DNA from: Escherichia coli
GTDB taxonomy: Bacteria > Pseudomonadota > Gammaproteobacteria > Enterobacterales > Enterobacteriaceae
Assembly: GCF_017348835.2 (NCBI RefSeq)
Contig: NZ_CP071375.1
Strand: one strand, 5' to 3'
Length of the DNA stretch: 64,000 bases
A program made the position numbers and the translations under genes. The notes below the pieces were generated by a model. The model worked only from the letters and a program-made list of their open reading frames with translations, did not search any database and had not been told where the DNA came from. Below, piece after piece: positions 11,672 through 23,215 of this stretch. Position 1 is the first letter of the stretch, and every line of letters starts with the position of its first letter.

Positions 11672-13090
11672 ATGAAACAAGAAGTTATCCTGGTACTCGA
11701 CTGTGGCGCGACCAATGTCAGGGCCATCGCGGTTAATCGGCAGGGAAAAATTGTTGCCCGCGCCTCAACGCCTAATGCCAGCGATATCGCGATGGAAAAC
11801 AACACCTGGCACCAGTGGTCTTTAGACGCCATTTTGCAACGCTTTGCTGATTGCTGTCGGCAAATCAATAGTGAACTGACTGAATGCCACATCCGCGGTA
11901 TCGCCGTCACCACCTTTGGTGTGGATGGCGCTCTGGTAGATAAGCAAGGCAATCTGCTCTATCCGATCATTAGCTGGAAATGTCCGCGAACAGCAGCGGT
12001 TATGGACAATATTGAACGGTTAATCTCCGCACAGCGGTTGCAGGCTATTTCTGGCGTCGGAGCCTTTAGTTTCAATACGTTATATAAGTTGGTGTGGTTG
12101 AAAGAAAATCATCCACAACTGCTGGAACGCGCGCACGCCTGGCTCTTTATTTCGTCGCTGATTAACCACCGTTTAACCGGCGAATTCACTACTGATATCA
12201 CGATGGCCGGAACCAGCCAGATGCTGGATATCCAGCAACGCGATTTCAGTCCGCAAATTTTACAAGCCACCGGTATTCCACGCCGACTCTTCCCTCGTCT
12301 GGTGGAAGCAGGTGAACAGATTGGTACGCTACAGAACAGCGCCGCAGCAATGCTCGGCTTACCCGTTGGCATACCGGTGATTTCCGCAGGTCACGATACC
12401 CAGTTCGCCCTTTTTGGCGCTGGTGCTGAACAAAATGAACCCGTGCTCTCTTCCGGTACATGGGAAATTTTAATGGTTCGCAGCGCCCAGGTTGATACTT
12501 CGCTGTTAAGTCAGTACGCCGGTTCCACCTGCGAACTGGATAGCCAGGCAGGGTTGTATAACCCAGGTATGCAATGGCTGGCATCCGGCGTGCTGGAATG
12601 GGTGAGAAAACTGTTCTGGACGGCTGAAACACCCTGGCAAATGTTGATTGAAGAGGCTCGTCTGATCGCGCCTGGCGCGGATGGCGTAAAAATGCAGTGT
12701 GATTTATTGTCGTGTCAGAACGCTGGCTGGCAAGGAGTGACGCTTAATACCACGCGGGGGCATTTCTATCGCGCGGCGCTGGAAGGGTTAACCGCGCAAT
12801 TACAGCGCAATCTACAGATGCTGGAAAAAATCGGGCACTTTAAAGCCTCTGAATTATTGTTAGTCGGTGGAGGAAGTCGCAACACATTGTGGAATCAGAT
12901 TAAAGCCAATATGCTTGATATTCCGGTAAAAGTTCTCGACGATGCCGAAACGACCGTCGCAGGAGCTGCGCTGTTCGGTTGGTATGGCGTAGGGGAATTT
13001 AACAGCCCGGAAGAAGCCCGTGCACAGATTCATTATCAGTACCGTTATTTCTACCCGCAAACTGAACCTGAATTTATAGAGGAAGTGTGA
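11672..13090 (+). CDS. fucK: L-fuculokinase, 472 aa (a start at 11642 would give 482 aa)
   Basis: FGGY-family kinase ORF; ATG at 11672 is preceded by CAGGAG (11661-11666) and gives the 472-aa form beginning [17 protein letters not shown]. Confidence 0.9.
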
Positions 13091-13091
13091 A

Positions 13092-13514
13092 ATGCTGAAA
13101 ACAATTTCGCCGTTAATTTCTCCCGAACTATTGAAAGTGCTGGCAGAGATGGGACATGGAGATGAAATTATTTTTTCCGATGCTCACTTTCCCGCCCATT
13201 CGATGGGACCGCAGGTGATCCGCGCTGATGGCCTGTTGGTGAGCGACTTGCTCCAGGCGATTATCCCGTTATTTGAGCTGGACAGTTATGCACCGCCGCT
13301 GGTGATGATGGCGGCGGTAGAAGGTGACACTCTCGATCCTGAAGTAGAACGACGTTACCGTAATGCGCTTTCACTACAAGCCCCGTGTCCTGACATCATC
13401 CGCATCAATCGTTTTGCGTTTTATGAACGGGCGCAAAAAGCCTTTGCGATCGTTATCACAGGCGAACGAGCGAAGTACGGGAATATTCTTTTAAAAAAAG
13501 GGGTAACACCGTAA
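13092..13514 (+). CDS. fucU: L-fucose mutarotase, 140 aa
   Basis: 140-aa ORF; sequence matches FucU (RbsD/FucU family); 1-bp gap after fucK. Confidence 0.95.
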
Positions 13515-13571
13515 TCTCATACCGGTACGCCCGCATGACGCGGGCGGTTATCGAATGATGGGGTGAAAAAT

Positions 13572-14303
13572 ATGAAAGCGGCACGCCAGCAAGCGATAGT
13601 CGACCTGCTGCTGAACCATACCAGCCTGACCACGGAAGCTCTCTCTGAACAGCTAAAGGTCAGTAAAGAAACCATTCGTCGCGATCTCAATGAATTACAG
13701 ACGCAGGGTAAAATTCTGCGCAATCATGGGCGCGCTAAATATATCCACCGTCAAAATCAAGACAGTGGCGATCCCTTTCACATCCGGCTGAAAAGCCATT
13801 ATGCGCATAAAGCAGATATCGCGCGCGAGGCGCTCGCGTGGATTGAAGAAGGGATGGTGATAACCTTAGACGCCAGTTCAACTTGCTGGTATCTGGCACG
13901 CCAGTTGCCTGACATCAACATTCAGGTCTTCACCAATAGCCATCCGATTTGCCATGAACTCGGTAAACGCGAACGCATTCAACTGATCAGTTCCGGCGGC
14001 ACACTTGAGCGCAAATATGGCTGTTACGTCAATCCCTCGCTGATTTCCCAACTTAAATCGCTGGAAATCGATCTGTTTATTTTTTCTTGTGAAGGGATCG
14101 ATAGCAGCGGCGCACTGTGGGACTCCAATGCCATCAACGCTGATTACAAATCGATGCTATTAAAACGTGCCGCGCAATCGTTGTTATTGATTGATAAAAG
14201 TAAATTTAATCGTTCAGGGGAAGCCCGCATCGGGCATCTGGATGAGGTAACGCACATTATTTCTGATGAGCGCCAGGTTGCAACTTCTTTGGTAACAGCC
14301 TGA
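13572..14303 (+). CDS. fucR: DeoR-family transcriptional activator of the fuc regulon, 243 aa
   Basis: ORF begins MKAARQQAIVDLLLNHTSLTTEALSEQLKVSKETIRRDL (HTH) from ATG 13572; length and sequence match FucR. Confidence 0.9.
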   Translation: MKAARQQAIVDLLLNHTSLTTEALSEQLKVSKETIRRDLNELQTQGKILRNHGRAKYIHRQNQDSGDPFHIRLKSHYAHKADIAREALAWIEEGMVITLDASSTCWYLARQLPDINIQVFTNSHPICHELGKRERIQLISSGGTLERKYGCYVNPSLISQLKSLEIDLFIFSCEGIDSSGALWDSNAINADYKSMLLKRAAQSLLLIDKSKFNRSGEARIGHLDEVTHIISDERQVATSLVTA

Positions 14304-14346
14304 CGGAAAGGGTAGCAGGCCGGAGACGACGCCCCGGCCTTGCCTG

Positions 14347-15447
14347 TTATCGCTCGTCGCGACGACCACCCACCGCAGCCCAGATGCGGCGGACGTGCAC
14401 CGTCACTTCTTCGCGATCGTGATACAACTGCCGCGCCTGAATCTGAGCATTTATGCCATGTTCATCAAGCTGTGCCTGAATATACGCCAGATTGTGTGAT
14501 ACTTCTTCGTAGCGTTTTTTCATCGGCAGTTTGAGGTTGAAAATGGTTTCACGGCACCAGCCATTAACCAGCCACTGCGCCATCAATGCCGCAACTTTCG
14601 CCGGTTTTTCAACCATATCGCATACCATCCAGGAGATATTGCTGCGTGTCGGACGGAATTTGAACCCGTCTTCCCGTAGCCACGTCACCTGCCCGGTATC
14701 CATCAGACTTTGCGCCATCGGGCCGTTGTCGACGGAATAAACCCACATGTTGCGCTTCACCAGTTGGTAGGTCCAGCCGCCTGGGCAAGCGCCCAAATCC
14801 ACCGCCCACATCCCGTTCGCCAGGCGTTCATCCCACTCATCCGCAGGAATAAACACATGAAATGCCTCTTCCAGTTTGAGCGTGGAACGACTCGGCGCAT
14901 CTGCCGGAAATTTCAGGCGCGGAATGCCCATATAGAACGGCGAATTATTGTTGCTGTATGAGTAACCGGTATAGCAGCAGCCTGGTGCAATGAAGAATAC
15001 ATGCACTACCGGACGCTTCGGCGTTTCATAGTTCGCCAGCACCCCAGCATCGCGCAAGGCAGCGCGTAGCGGCACGGTGAATTTACGGCAGAATTTCAGC
15101 AACTCTTTGCTTTCGTTGGTATCGGCAACTTCAACACGCAGTTCACCGCCCTTCTCTACTACACCCTGTAACATGCCGACAATGGGGGTAATACGATCTT
15201 CTGGCGGCAAATGCTGCAAGAGTTCCCCCACCACAAACCACTGGCGGGCAAAAATTAATGAACTGAACGGCAGCTCACGGATTAACTTATCGCCATCATC
15301 AGGTTGATAACATTCATAAATGACATAACCCGCATTCTCTTTCACGCGGGCAAAACCGAAAATTTCCCGCTGGCCGGCTTTATCGGTAATTTCTGCGGCG
15401 CACTCTTTTTCAAAGCCCGGACGGCACAGCAATACAACCTTATTCAT
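14347..15447 (-). CDS. rlmM: 23S rRNA 2'-O-ribose C2498 methyltransferase RlmM (YgdE), 366 aa
   Basis: 366-aa ORF matching RlmM; its stop overlaps the start of ygdD by 8 bp. Confidence 0.9.
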
Positions 15448-15835
15448 GACTTACGCCCTTGCGCTTTAAACGGATAGCACCAACTAACATTAACGCCCAG
15501 CCCGCAAGGAAGCTCACGCCGCCAACCGGAGTGACAAACGCCCACAAACGCAGATGGGACAGTGCCAGGCAATAAAGGCTGCCGCTGAACAGCACCGTGC
15601 CTAACGCGAGGAAAACGCTACTCCAGTAAAACCAGATACTGATGCGACGCTGCATTGCCACCGCCAGACCTAAGATCGCCAGCGTATGAAACGCCTGGTA
15701 TTCGAGACCGGTCTGGATCCAGCCCATCTCAACGGCCCCCATGGTTTTACTTAACACATGCGCGCCAAAAGCGCCCAGTGCCACAAAAATGAAGCCGCTA
15801 ATGGCGGCGAAAATCAGCATAAAACGGCTGGTCAT
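15440..15835 (-). CDS. ygdD: DUF423 inner-membrane protein YgdD, 131 aa
   Basis: 131-aa hydrophobic ORF (four predicted TM segments); matches YgdD; overlaps rlmM. Confidence 0.85.
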
Positions 15836-15853
15836 GGTCGTACCCTACGTAAA

Positions 15854-16771
15854 TTATTGTTCATAACGAAAGCGGAATTTTTCTTGTTCAGCAGCGGCTT
15901 TCGCCAGGATCCATTGGCGAAAGGCGGCTATTTTACCCAGTTCTGCCTGGCTGTCATGACAAACCAGATAAAAAGCGTTTTTACTGACCAGAACATCATT
16001 AAACGGGCAAACAAGACGTCCAGCTTCAATTTCAGATTGCGCCATCACGTTATTTGCCAGCGCCACTCCCTGCCCGTGGATAGCCGCTTGCAGCACCATG
16101 GCGCTATGGCTAAAAATTGGCCCTTGCTGAACGTTGATATGATTTAACCCCAACTGTCGGGTATATGTCTGCCAGTCACGGCGCGAAGCATCATGTAATA
16201 ACGTATGTTTAGCCAGATCTTCCGGGGTCTTCAAGGGTTTTTCGCCAGTCAGCAGTAGCGGCGAACACACCGGCAATAAATATTCGGCGTACAGTTTTTC
16301 CACCCGTAGCCCCGGCCAGTTGCCCCGACCATAAAATATCGCCACATCAACATCATCCGCCAGCTTATCTTCCTGACGATCAACCGCCTGGATTCGAACG
16401 TCAATTCCCGGATAAGCTGAATTAAAGCTGGAAAGTCGCGGAACCAACCAATGAATGGCGAAACTGGGGAGTAAACTGACCGTCAACGCCCCCTTGGCGC
16501 TACGGGCCTGGAGTTTACGCGTCGCTTCGGTTAATTGCGAAAATATCTCTTTGATATCGAGGAAATAGCTTTGCCCTTCCTCGGTCAGCAGGAGTGAACG
16601 ATTACGGCGGCGGAACAGTTTTAGCCCCAAAAAATCCTCAAGAGACTTGATTTGATGACTTACTGCGGCCTGGGTCACAAAAAGCTCTTCTGCTGCGCGA
16701 GTGAAACTTAAATGGCGTGCTGCGGCATCAAAAACTCGTAAGGCATTTAGCGGTGGTAATCGTTTAGACAT
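15854..16771 (-). CDS. gcvA: LysR-family regulator of the glycine cleavage system, 305 aa
   Basis: 305-aa ORF with N-terminal LTTR HTH (LPPLNALRVFDAAARHLSFTRAAEELFVTQAAVSHQIKSLE); matches GcvA. Confidence 0.95.
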   Translation of the reverse strand: MSKRLPPLNALRVFDAAARHLSFTRAAEELFVTQAAVSHQIKSLEDFLGLKLFRRRNRSLLLTEEGQSYFLDIKEIFSQLTEATRKLQARSAKGALTVSLLPSFAIHWLVPRLSSFNSAYPGIDVRIQAVDRQEDKLADDVDVAIFYGRGNWPGLRVEKLYAEYLLPVCSPLLLTGEKPLKTPEDLAKHTLLHDASRRDWQTYTRQLGLNHINVQQGPIFSHSAMVLQAAIHGQGVALANNVMAQSEIEAGRLVCPFNDVLVSKNAFYLVCHDSQAELGKIAAFRQWILAKAAAEQEKFRFRYEQ

Positions 16772-16899
16772 GGCTTTTAAACTTTGATGTTAAATGAATT
16801 TAACAATTAGATCACACTGTGTAACCTATTAGTTTTTTTAATCTGAGCCATTATAAATTGTCCGTTGAGCTTCTACCAGCAAATACCTATAGTGGCGGC

Positions 16900-17105
16900 A
16901 CTTCCTGAGCCGGAACGAAAAGTTTTATCGGAATGCGTGTTCTGGTGAACTTTTGGCTTACGGTTGTGATGTTGTGTTGTTGTGTTTGCAATTGGTCTGC
17001 GATTCAGACCATGGTAGCAAAGCTACCTTTTTTCACTTCCTGTACATTTACCCTGTCTGTCCATAGTGATTAATGTAGCACCGCCTAATTGCGGTGCTTT
17101 TTTTT
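16900..17105 (+). ncRNA. gcvB: GcvB small regulatory RNA (Hfq-dependent), divergent from gcvA
   Basis: Sequence from ACTTCCTGAGCCGGAACGAAAAG through the GT-rich region (GTTGTGATGTTGTGTTGTTGTGTTTG) to the terminator GCACCGCCTAATTGCGGTGC+T8 (17079-17105) matches my recollection of GcvB; position divergent from gcvA is as expected. Confidence 0.85.
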
Positions 17106-17121
17106 ACCTTGCGATCGCGAA

Positions 17122-17349
17122 TTACTGATCCAGTTCGACCATCTCTTTCACGTCGGTACGGTTGATCTGCTGTTTGTTGCCATTAGCGTCTTTATACGAA
17201 ATCATACCGGTATCGTTATCAGTCTGTGGTTTGCCGTCAGAGACGATGGTACGTCCGTCATTGGTGTGCATCACATAGTTCGAACCGGAACAGGCGCTCA
17301 GGGCAAAAGTCAGCATACAGGCAGAAATAATTGCGGCAGTCTTTTTCAT
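17122..17349 (-). CDS. ygdI: DUF903 family lipoprotein YgdI, 75 aa
   Basis: Small ORF with lipoprotein signal (…LSAC lipobox); matches YgdI; paralogous to ygdR at 45477. Confidence 0.85.
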   Translation of the reverse strand: MKKTAAIISACMLTFALSACSGSNYVMHTNDGRTIVSDGKPQTDNDTGMISYKDANGNKQQINRTDVKEMVELDQ

Positions 17350-17540
17350 CATCTTCTCCTTAAAGCGATTAATAAATCTTAATAGTATTGATTAACAGGC
17401 TAAAATTAACGCCTAACACTATTCAGCATATGTTACTGACGCGGCTTCGCCAGGATATCCAGATAATTCTGATGGTTAGCACTCTCCTTGTATCAAAGTG
17501 AATTTTGCGTCACGATCGGTGCATCAAGCCGAGGAGTACC

Positions 17541-18746
17541 ATGAACGTTTTTAATCCCGCGCAGTTTCGCGCCCAGTTTCCCGCACTACAGGATGCGGGC
17601 GTCTATCTCGACAGCGCCGCGACCGCGCTTAAACCTGAAGCCGTGGTTGAAGCCACTCGGCAGTTTTACAGCCTGAGCGCCGGAAACGTCCATCGCAGCC
17701 AGTTTGCCGAAGCCCAACGCCTGACCGCGCGTTATGAAGCTGCGCGGGAAAAAGTGGCACAATTACTGAATGCATCGGATGACAAAAATATCGTCTGGAC
17801 GCGCGGCACCACTGAATCCATCAACATGGTGGCACAATGCTATGCGCGTCCGCGTCTGCAACCGGGCGATGAGATTATTGTCAGCGTGGCAGAACACCAC
17901 GCCAACCTCGTCCCCTGGCTGATGGTCGCCCAACAAACTGGAGCCAAAGTGGTGAAATTGCCGCTTAATGCGCAACGACTGCCGGATGTCGATTTGTTGC
18001 CGGAACTGATTACTCCCCGTAGTCGGATTCTGGCGTTGGGTCAGATGTCGAACGTTACTGGCGGTTGCCCGGATCTGGCGCGAGCGATTACCTTTGCTCA
18101 TTCAGCCGGGATGGTGGTGATGGTTGATGGTGCTCAGGGGGCGGTGCATTTCCCCGCAGATGTTCAACAACTGGATATCGATTTCTATGCTTTCTCTGGT
18201 CACAAACTGTATGGCCCGACGGGTATCGGCGTGCTGTATGGCAAATCAGAACTGCTGGAAGCGATGTCGCCCTGGCTGGGCGGCGGCAAAATGGTTCACG
18301 AAGTGAGTTTTGACGGCTTCACGACTCAATCTGCGCCGTGGAAACTGGAAGCAGGAACGCCAAATGTGGCTGGTGTCATAGGATTAAGCGCGGCGCTGGA
18401 ATGGCTGGCAGATTACGATATCAACCAGGCCGAAAGCTGGAGCCGTAGTTTAGCAACACTGGCGGAAGATGCGCTGGCGAAACGTCCAGGCTTCCGTTCA
18501 TTCCGCTGCCAGGATTCCAGCCTGCTGGCCTTTGATTTTGCTGGCGTTCATCACAGCGATATGGTGACGCTGCTGGCGGAGTATGGTATTGCCTTGCGGG
18601 CCGGGCAACATTGCGCTCAGCCGCTACTGGCAGAATTAGGCGTAACCGGCACACTGCGCGCCTCTTTTGCGCCATATAATACAAAGAGTGATGTGGATGC
18701 GCTGGTGAATGCCGTTGACCGCGCGCTGGAATTATTGGTGGATTAA
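17541..18746 (+). CDS. csdA: Cysteine desulfurase (sulfinate desulfinase) CsdA, 401 aa
   Basis: ATG 17541 preceded by GAGGAG; class V aminotransferase with the SGHK motif (pyridoxal-phosphate Lys); sequence matches CsdA. Confidence 0.9.
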
Positions 18747-19189
18747 TGACGAACCCGCAATTCGCCGGACATCCGTTCGGCACAACCGTAACCGCAGAAA
18801 CGTTACGCAATACCTTCGCACCGTTGACGCAATGGGAAGATAAATATCGCCAGTTGATCATGCTGGGGAAACAGCTTCCGGCTTTGCCAGACGAGTTAAA
18901 AGCGCAGGCTAAAGAGATTGCCGGATGCGAAAACCGCGTCTGGCTGGGATATACCGTGGCTGAAAACGGTAAAATGCACTTCTTTGGCGACAGCGAAGGA
19001 CGTATAGTACGCGGCCTGCTGGCGGTGCTGTTGACTGCCGTTGAGGGGAAAACCGCCGCCGAATTGCAGGCACAGTCGCCGCTGGCATTGTTTGATGAGC
19101 TGGGATTGCGTGCGCAACTTAGCGCCTCACGCAGCCAGGGGTTAAATGCGTTAAGCGAGGCGATTATCGCTGCGACGAAGCAGGTTTAA
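18746..19189 (+). CDS. csdE: Sulfur acceptor protein CsdE (YgdK), 147 aa
   Basis: 147-aa SufE-like ORF; start overlaps the csdA stop (ATGA), implying translational coupling. Confidence 0.9.
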
Positions 19190-19239
19190 GCACAGAACCG
19201 GGTCGGATAAGACGTTCGCGTCTCATCCGACCTGATTGT

Positions 19240-20046
19240 TTACCCCTGACGCGCCGCTTTCGCCATCATCTTCTTCAGCGCATGAGAAACCGCAACAAAC
19301 CCAAAGGTGGCGGTCACCATCGTTGCCGCGCCAAATCCAGATGCACAATCCATCCGCTTTGGTCCTTCCGCCGTGGCTTTCATCGCACACACCGTGCCGT
19401 CTGACTGCGGGTACACCAATGCTTCGGTAGAGAACACGCAATCCACGCCGAGCTTACCTTTACTGTTTTTCACTACGCCAAAATCGCTTTTCAGGCGCTC
19501 ACGCAACTTCGCCGCCAGCGGGTCCTGAATCGTTTTCGCCAGATCGGTAACCTGAATCTGCGTTGGGTCAATCTGCCCACCCGCGCCACCGGTCGTGACC
19601 AGCGGGATTTTATTGCGCCGACAATAAGCAATCAGCGCCGCTTTGGGTCGTACACTATCAATGGCATCAATCACGTACGAATAACCGGCACTCATATATT
19701 GCGCTACGTTATCCGGCGTCACGAAATCATCCACCACCGTTACACGGCACTCCGGGTTAATCTGGCGAATACGCTCCGCCATTACTTCCGCTTTTGCCTG
19801 CCCGACGTTATCGCGCAGAGCGTGAATTTGCCGATTGGTATTGGTGACGCACACATCATCCATATCGATAAGCGTGATTGCGCCAATCCCCGTGCGCGCC
19901 AGCGCTTCCGCCGCCCAGGAACCGACACCGCCAATACCGACCACACAAATATGCGCGTCAGCAAACAGTTGCAGCGCTTTTTCACCATACAGACGCGCTG
20001 TGCCACCAAAACGCTGACGCCATGCATCACTAATTACCACAGACAT
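19240..20046 (-). CDS. tcdA: tRNA threonylcarbamoyladenosine dehydratase TcdA (CsdL/YgdL), 268 aa
   Basis: 268-aa ThiF/MoeB-like E1 fold ORF (GIGGVGSWAAEALARTG nucleotide-binding motif); matches TcdA. Confidence 0.9.
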   Translation of the reverse strand: MSVVISDAWRQRFGGTARLYGEKALQLFADAHICVVGIGGVGSWAAEALARTGIGAITLIDMDDVCVTNTNRQIHALRDNVGQAKAEVMAERIRQINPECRVTVVDDFVTPDNVAQYMSAGYSYVIDAIDSVRPKAALIAYCRRNKIPLVTTGGAGGQIDPTQIQVTDLAKTIQDPLAAKLRERLKSDFGVVKNSKGKLGVDCVFSTEALVYPQSDGTVCAMKATAEGPKRMDCASGFGAATMVTATFGFVAVSHALKKMMAKAARQG

Positions 20047-20068
20047 AGCACCTCAGAATAAAAAGGGC

Positions 20069-20248
20069 GAGGTTATCCCTCACCCTAAACGCATAAATGC
20101 CTGATGCGCTACGCTTATCAGGCCTACATAACTCCTGCAATATTTTGGATTTGCATGATTTGTAGGCCGGATAAGGCGTTCACGCCGCATCCGGCATGAA
20201 CAACGCGCACTTAGTCAATAATCAGGATGTGAGGTTACCCCTCACCCT
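20069..20248. repeat. REP/BIME cluster (two REP palindromes) bracketed by an 18-bp direct repeat
   Basis: Seen in sequence: REP-like GCCTGATGCGCTACGCTTATCAGGCCTAC (20099-20127) and GTAGGCCGGATAAGGCGTTCACGCCGCATCCGGCA (20162-20196); flanking direct repeats GAGGTTATCCCTCACCCT (20069-20086) and GAGGTTACCCCTCACCCT (20231-20248). Confidence 0.7.
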
Positions 20249-20283
20249 GTCATATCCGTAAAAACGGCATACAGAATATCACA

Positions 20284-21381
20284 TCAGCCACTAAAGACGT
20301 TACCTGCGCCCGGAGCCGTTTTCAGCACCCAAACCCGTCCATAGTGGTTGTACCAACCTGCGCGGTGTCCGGCTTCCGGCCCGATCCCTTGATAGATATC
20401 GAAGTGTTGGCCTTTGATTGCGCCACCGACATCCAGCGCCACCATCAGACGCAATTCGTACTGACCATTAAATTTGCCGTTATTATCCAGCAGCGGCACT
20501 TCTGCCAGCAAGGTTGTACCTGGCGGAATAATGGAACGATCAGAGGCAACAGAAGCACGGCCAACCAGCGGCACCGCACTTGCCCCTTTCACCGGTGCAA
20601 AAGATTGAGGTTTAAAGAAGACGAAAGACGGGTTCTGTTCCAGCAGCTCGCGAACCTCGGCTTCACTGTGTGTTTCGCCCCAGTGACGAATCGCCTGCAT
20701 CGACATGTCTTCTTTTTTCACTTCGCCACGGTCGATCAGCACCTTACCAATGCTGCGATAGGCATGACCGTTTTTCCCTGCATAGCTGAAAAAGTTAAGC
20801 GGACTGCCATCACCAAAGTCGATATACCCACTACCCTGCACATCCATAATGAAGTTATCCATCAGAGAGTTGCTGTAAGCGAGGATGTATTTATCGCCCA
20901 ATGCCCCTGCGTAGATCTCCGCACGAGACGGCAGACGACCACGTTTTGGCGGCATACGGTAAATAGGATACTGGAACTCGCCCTGGCGGGTATGGCGCGC
21001 CTGAATTACCGGCGTGTAATAGCCTGTAAACTGCACGTTACCATAGTTGTCGGCACCTTCCATCTGCCAGGCATCAATGCCGAACTGGCGCATATTGCGG
21101 GTATCACCGCCTGCGCGCAGCCACTCTTGCACCGCGTTATAAACATTACTCTGGTTGCCATACAGACGCGGTGACGAATTACGGATATGGTTAATTTGCT
21201 CGGCAAAATCACCGGCGTTAATCGGCGCGCCAACGGCATCTGGCTGGTTCACCAGAGAGAAAGGCTGGGTAAATTTCCCGTCTTTATATTGCTGTCCGCG
21301 ATCGGTTGGTTTGGAAGAGCAGGCGGCAAGCATTGCCACAACCGTGCCCATAAGAAGGTACTTTACCCAACGTCCTTTCAT
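20284..21381 (-). CDS. mltA: Membrane-bound lytic murein transglycosylase A (lipoprotein), 365 aa
   Basis: Start at ATG 21379-21381 gives MKGRWVKYLLMGTVVAMLAACSSK (lipoprotein signal) and the 365-aa MltA; the track's longer 398-aa form is an upstream in-frame extension. Confidence 0.9.
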   Translation of the reverse strand: MKGRWVKYLLMGTVVAMLAACSSKPTDRGQQYKDGKFTQPFSLVNQPDAVGAPINAGDFAEQINHIRNSSPRLYGNQSNVYNAVQEWLRAGGDTRNMRQFGIDAWQMEGADNYGNVQFTGYYTPVIQARHTRQGEFQYPIYRMPPKRGRLPSRAEIYAGALGDKYILAYSNSLMDNFIMDVQGSGYIDFGDGSPLNFFSYAGKNGHAYRSIGKVLIDRGEVKKEDMSMQAIRHWGETHSEAEVRELLEQNPSFVFFKPQSFAPVKGASAVPLVGRASVASDRSIIPPGTTLLAEVPLLDNNGKFNGQYELRLMVALDVGGAIKGQHFDIYQGIGPEAGHRAGWYNHYGRVWVLKTAPGAGNVFSG

Positions 21382-21548
21382 TGTTCTCTTCTTCAGGTTA
21401 AAAAATAAGGCGCAACGAAGATAACAAACCGCCGCGTTTAATGAAATGAGCAGCCTCTCCCTGACGCAAATTTTGCACAAAAAATAGCCTTTAGTGATTT
21501 GTTTTTGTTCAAAATCATGCTAAATCCGTGATCGGGGTAAAAAAAAGG

Positions 21549-21576
21549 TTGCATGAAAACGCGAGCGGAGTATAGT
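21549..21576 (+). promoter_or_regulatory. Sigma70 promoter of the tRNA-fMet operon (TTGCAT -35, 16-bp spacer, TATAGT -10, GC-rich discriminator)
   Basis: Seen in sequence: TTGCAT (21549-21554), TATAGT (21571-21576), then GCGC discriminator, with an A-rich UP-like tract upstream (21541-21546); lies 14 bp upstream of the first tRNA. Confidence 0.6.
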
Positions 21577-21589
21577 GCGCTTCCACGGA

Positions 21590-21666
<77 letters not shown>

Positions 21667-21699
21667 ATTAAAATTTGATGAAGTAAAGCAGTACGGTGA

Positions 21700-21776
<77 letters not shown>

Positions 21777-21809
21777 ATCAAATTTGATGAAGTAAAAGCA
21801 GTACGGTGA

Positions 21810-21886
<77 letters not shown>

Positions 21887-21894
21887 ATTATTGA

Positions 21895-21917
21895 ACGCCC
21901 TAACGGGTGTTTTTTTG
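21895..21917 (+). terminator. Rho-independent terminator after the tRNA-fMet operon
   Basis: Seen in sequence: hairpin ACGCCC-TAA-CGGGTG (one G·U pair) followed by T7 (21911-21917). Confidence 0.5.
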
Positions 21918-21961
21918 TTTCTGGTCTCCCATAAAAAAAAGCGCCATTCAGCGCCTTTTTA

Positions 21962-23215
21962 TCATCCCCTTCTCGCCAGCGTCGCCCCATCGGCAAAATA
22001 CGCTTTAATCCCCGCAAGAATAGACTCCGCAACTTCCTGCTGGAAAGTCGCCGTTTTCAGTTTACGCTCTTCCTCAACGTTACTGATAAACGCCGTTTCG
22101 ACCAGAATGGAGGGAATATCTGGTGCCTTTAGTACGGCAAACCCGGCCTGTTCAACTTGATTTTTATGCAGCTTGTTGATTTTACCGAGCTTATTCAGTA
22201 CCGCTTTACCAAACTTCAGGCTGTCGGCAATGGTCAGCGACTGCACCATATCGAACATGGTGTGGTCGACATAGCGGTCACCGCTTTTGCTCACGCCACC
22301 AATCAAGTCCGAGGCGTTCTGGGTTTGTGCCAGATATTTTGCCGCAGTACTGGTTGCGCCTTTGGTTGAGAGCGCAAACACCGAGGAACCGCTCGGCTGG
22401 CGACTGGTAAAGGCGTCGGCATGGATAGAGACAAACAGGTCAGCACGCTGTTTCTGGGCTTTTGCTACGCGCACTTGCAACGGAATGAAGATGTCTTCAT
22501 TGCGCGTCATGTACACCTTCATATTGCCCTCTTTCTCGATCAGAGAGCGCAAACGGCGAGCTATTTGCAATACCACATCTTTTTCGCGCGTTTTGTATTT
22601 CCCCACCGCACCGGAGTCTTCGCCACCGTGGCCAGGGTCAAGCATAATGACAATCGGACGATCGCGCCCTGCTTTACCCGGTTGTGGACCACTTTGCGCT
22701 GGCGGCACCTGCTTTTCGAGGTCGCCTTTGTTGTAATCCTCCAGCAGCGCCAGCAGCGGATCCTGCATATCCTGTGCATTGGCCGGATAGAGGTCCATCA
22801 CCAGACGCTCTTTAAACCCGGCGACCGGCGCAAGGGCAAACAGCTGCGGTTTTACGTTTTGCTTTAATTCAAAAACCATCCGTACGGTTTGCGGGTCAAA
22901 TTGCCCGACGCGCGCCGACTTGATGAACGGGTCGTCTGCACGAATTTGTGCCGCCATCCCCTTGAGTACCGAGTTCAGGTTTACATCTTCGATATCCACC
23001 ACCACGCGTTCAGGGTTACTCAACGCGAACTGCTTATATTTCAGCTGACGATTTGATTCTACCGTCACGCGGGTGTAGCTGGACGCAGGCCAGACGCGCA
23101 CCGCCACGACCTGGCTGACCGCAGCCAGGCTGACCTGACTTACGCTCAATAGCCACATGGCGCCCGCGCCTTGCAGTAAACGACGACGGCTGATTGCAGT
23201 GTTGGATCCTGACAT
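21962..23215 (-). CDS. amiC: N-acetylmuramoyl-L-alanine amidase AmiC (Tat-exported), 417 aa
   Basis: Start at 23215 gives [23 protein letters not shown] (twin-arginine signal) and a 417-aa product matching AmiC; the track's 447-aa form is an upstream extension. Confidence 0.9.

Noticed and set aside
13515-13571. Hairpin CGCCCGC-ATGA-CGCGGGCG between fucU and fucR as a terminator
   Set aside because: It is not followed by a U-run and fucR has to be expressed from this operon; more likely an intra-operon stability or REP-like structure than a terminator.
20344-21174. 276-aa plus-strand ORF inside mltA
   Set aside because: Antisense to mltA; no RBS or recognisable domain; shadow ORF.
21381-21480. 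N-terminal extensions proposed by the ORF track for mltA, and likewise for amiC (to 23305), argA (from 23375), xni (from 5169), ppdB (to 38161), ygeA (to 55015), araE (to 56316), csdA (from 17505) and yqeH (from 61481)
   Set aside because: In each case an internal start codon gives the recalled native N-terminus (signal peptide or conserved motif); for argA, csdA and yqeH that start also has a visible Shine-Dalgarno sequence. The upstream extensions run into neighbouring genes or promoters.
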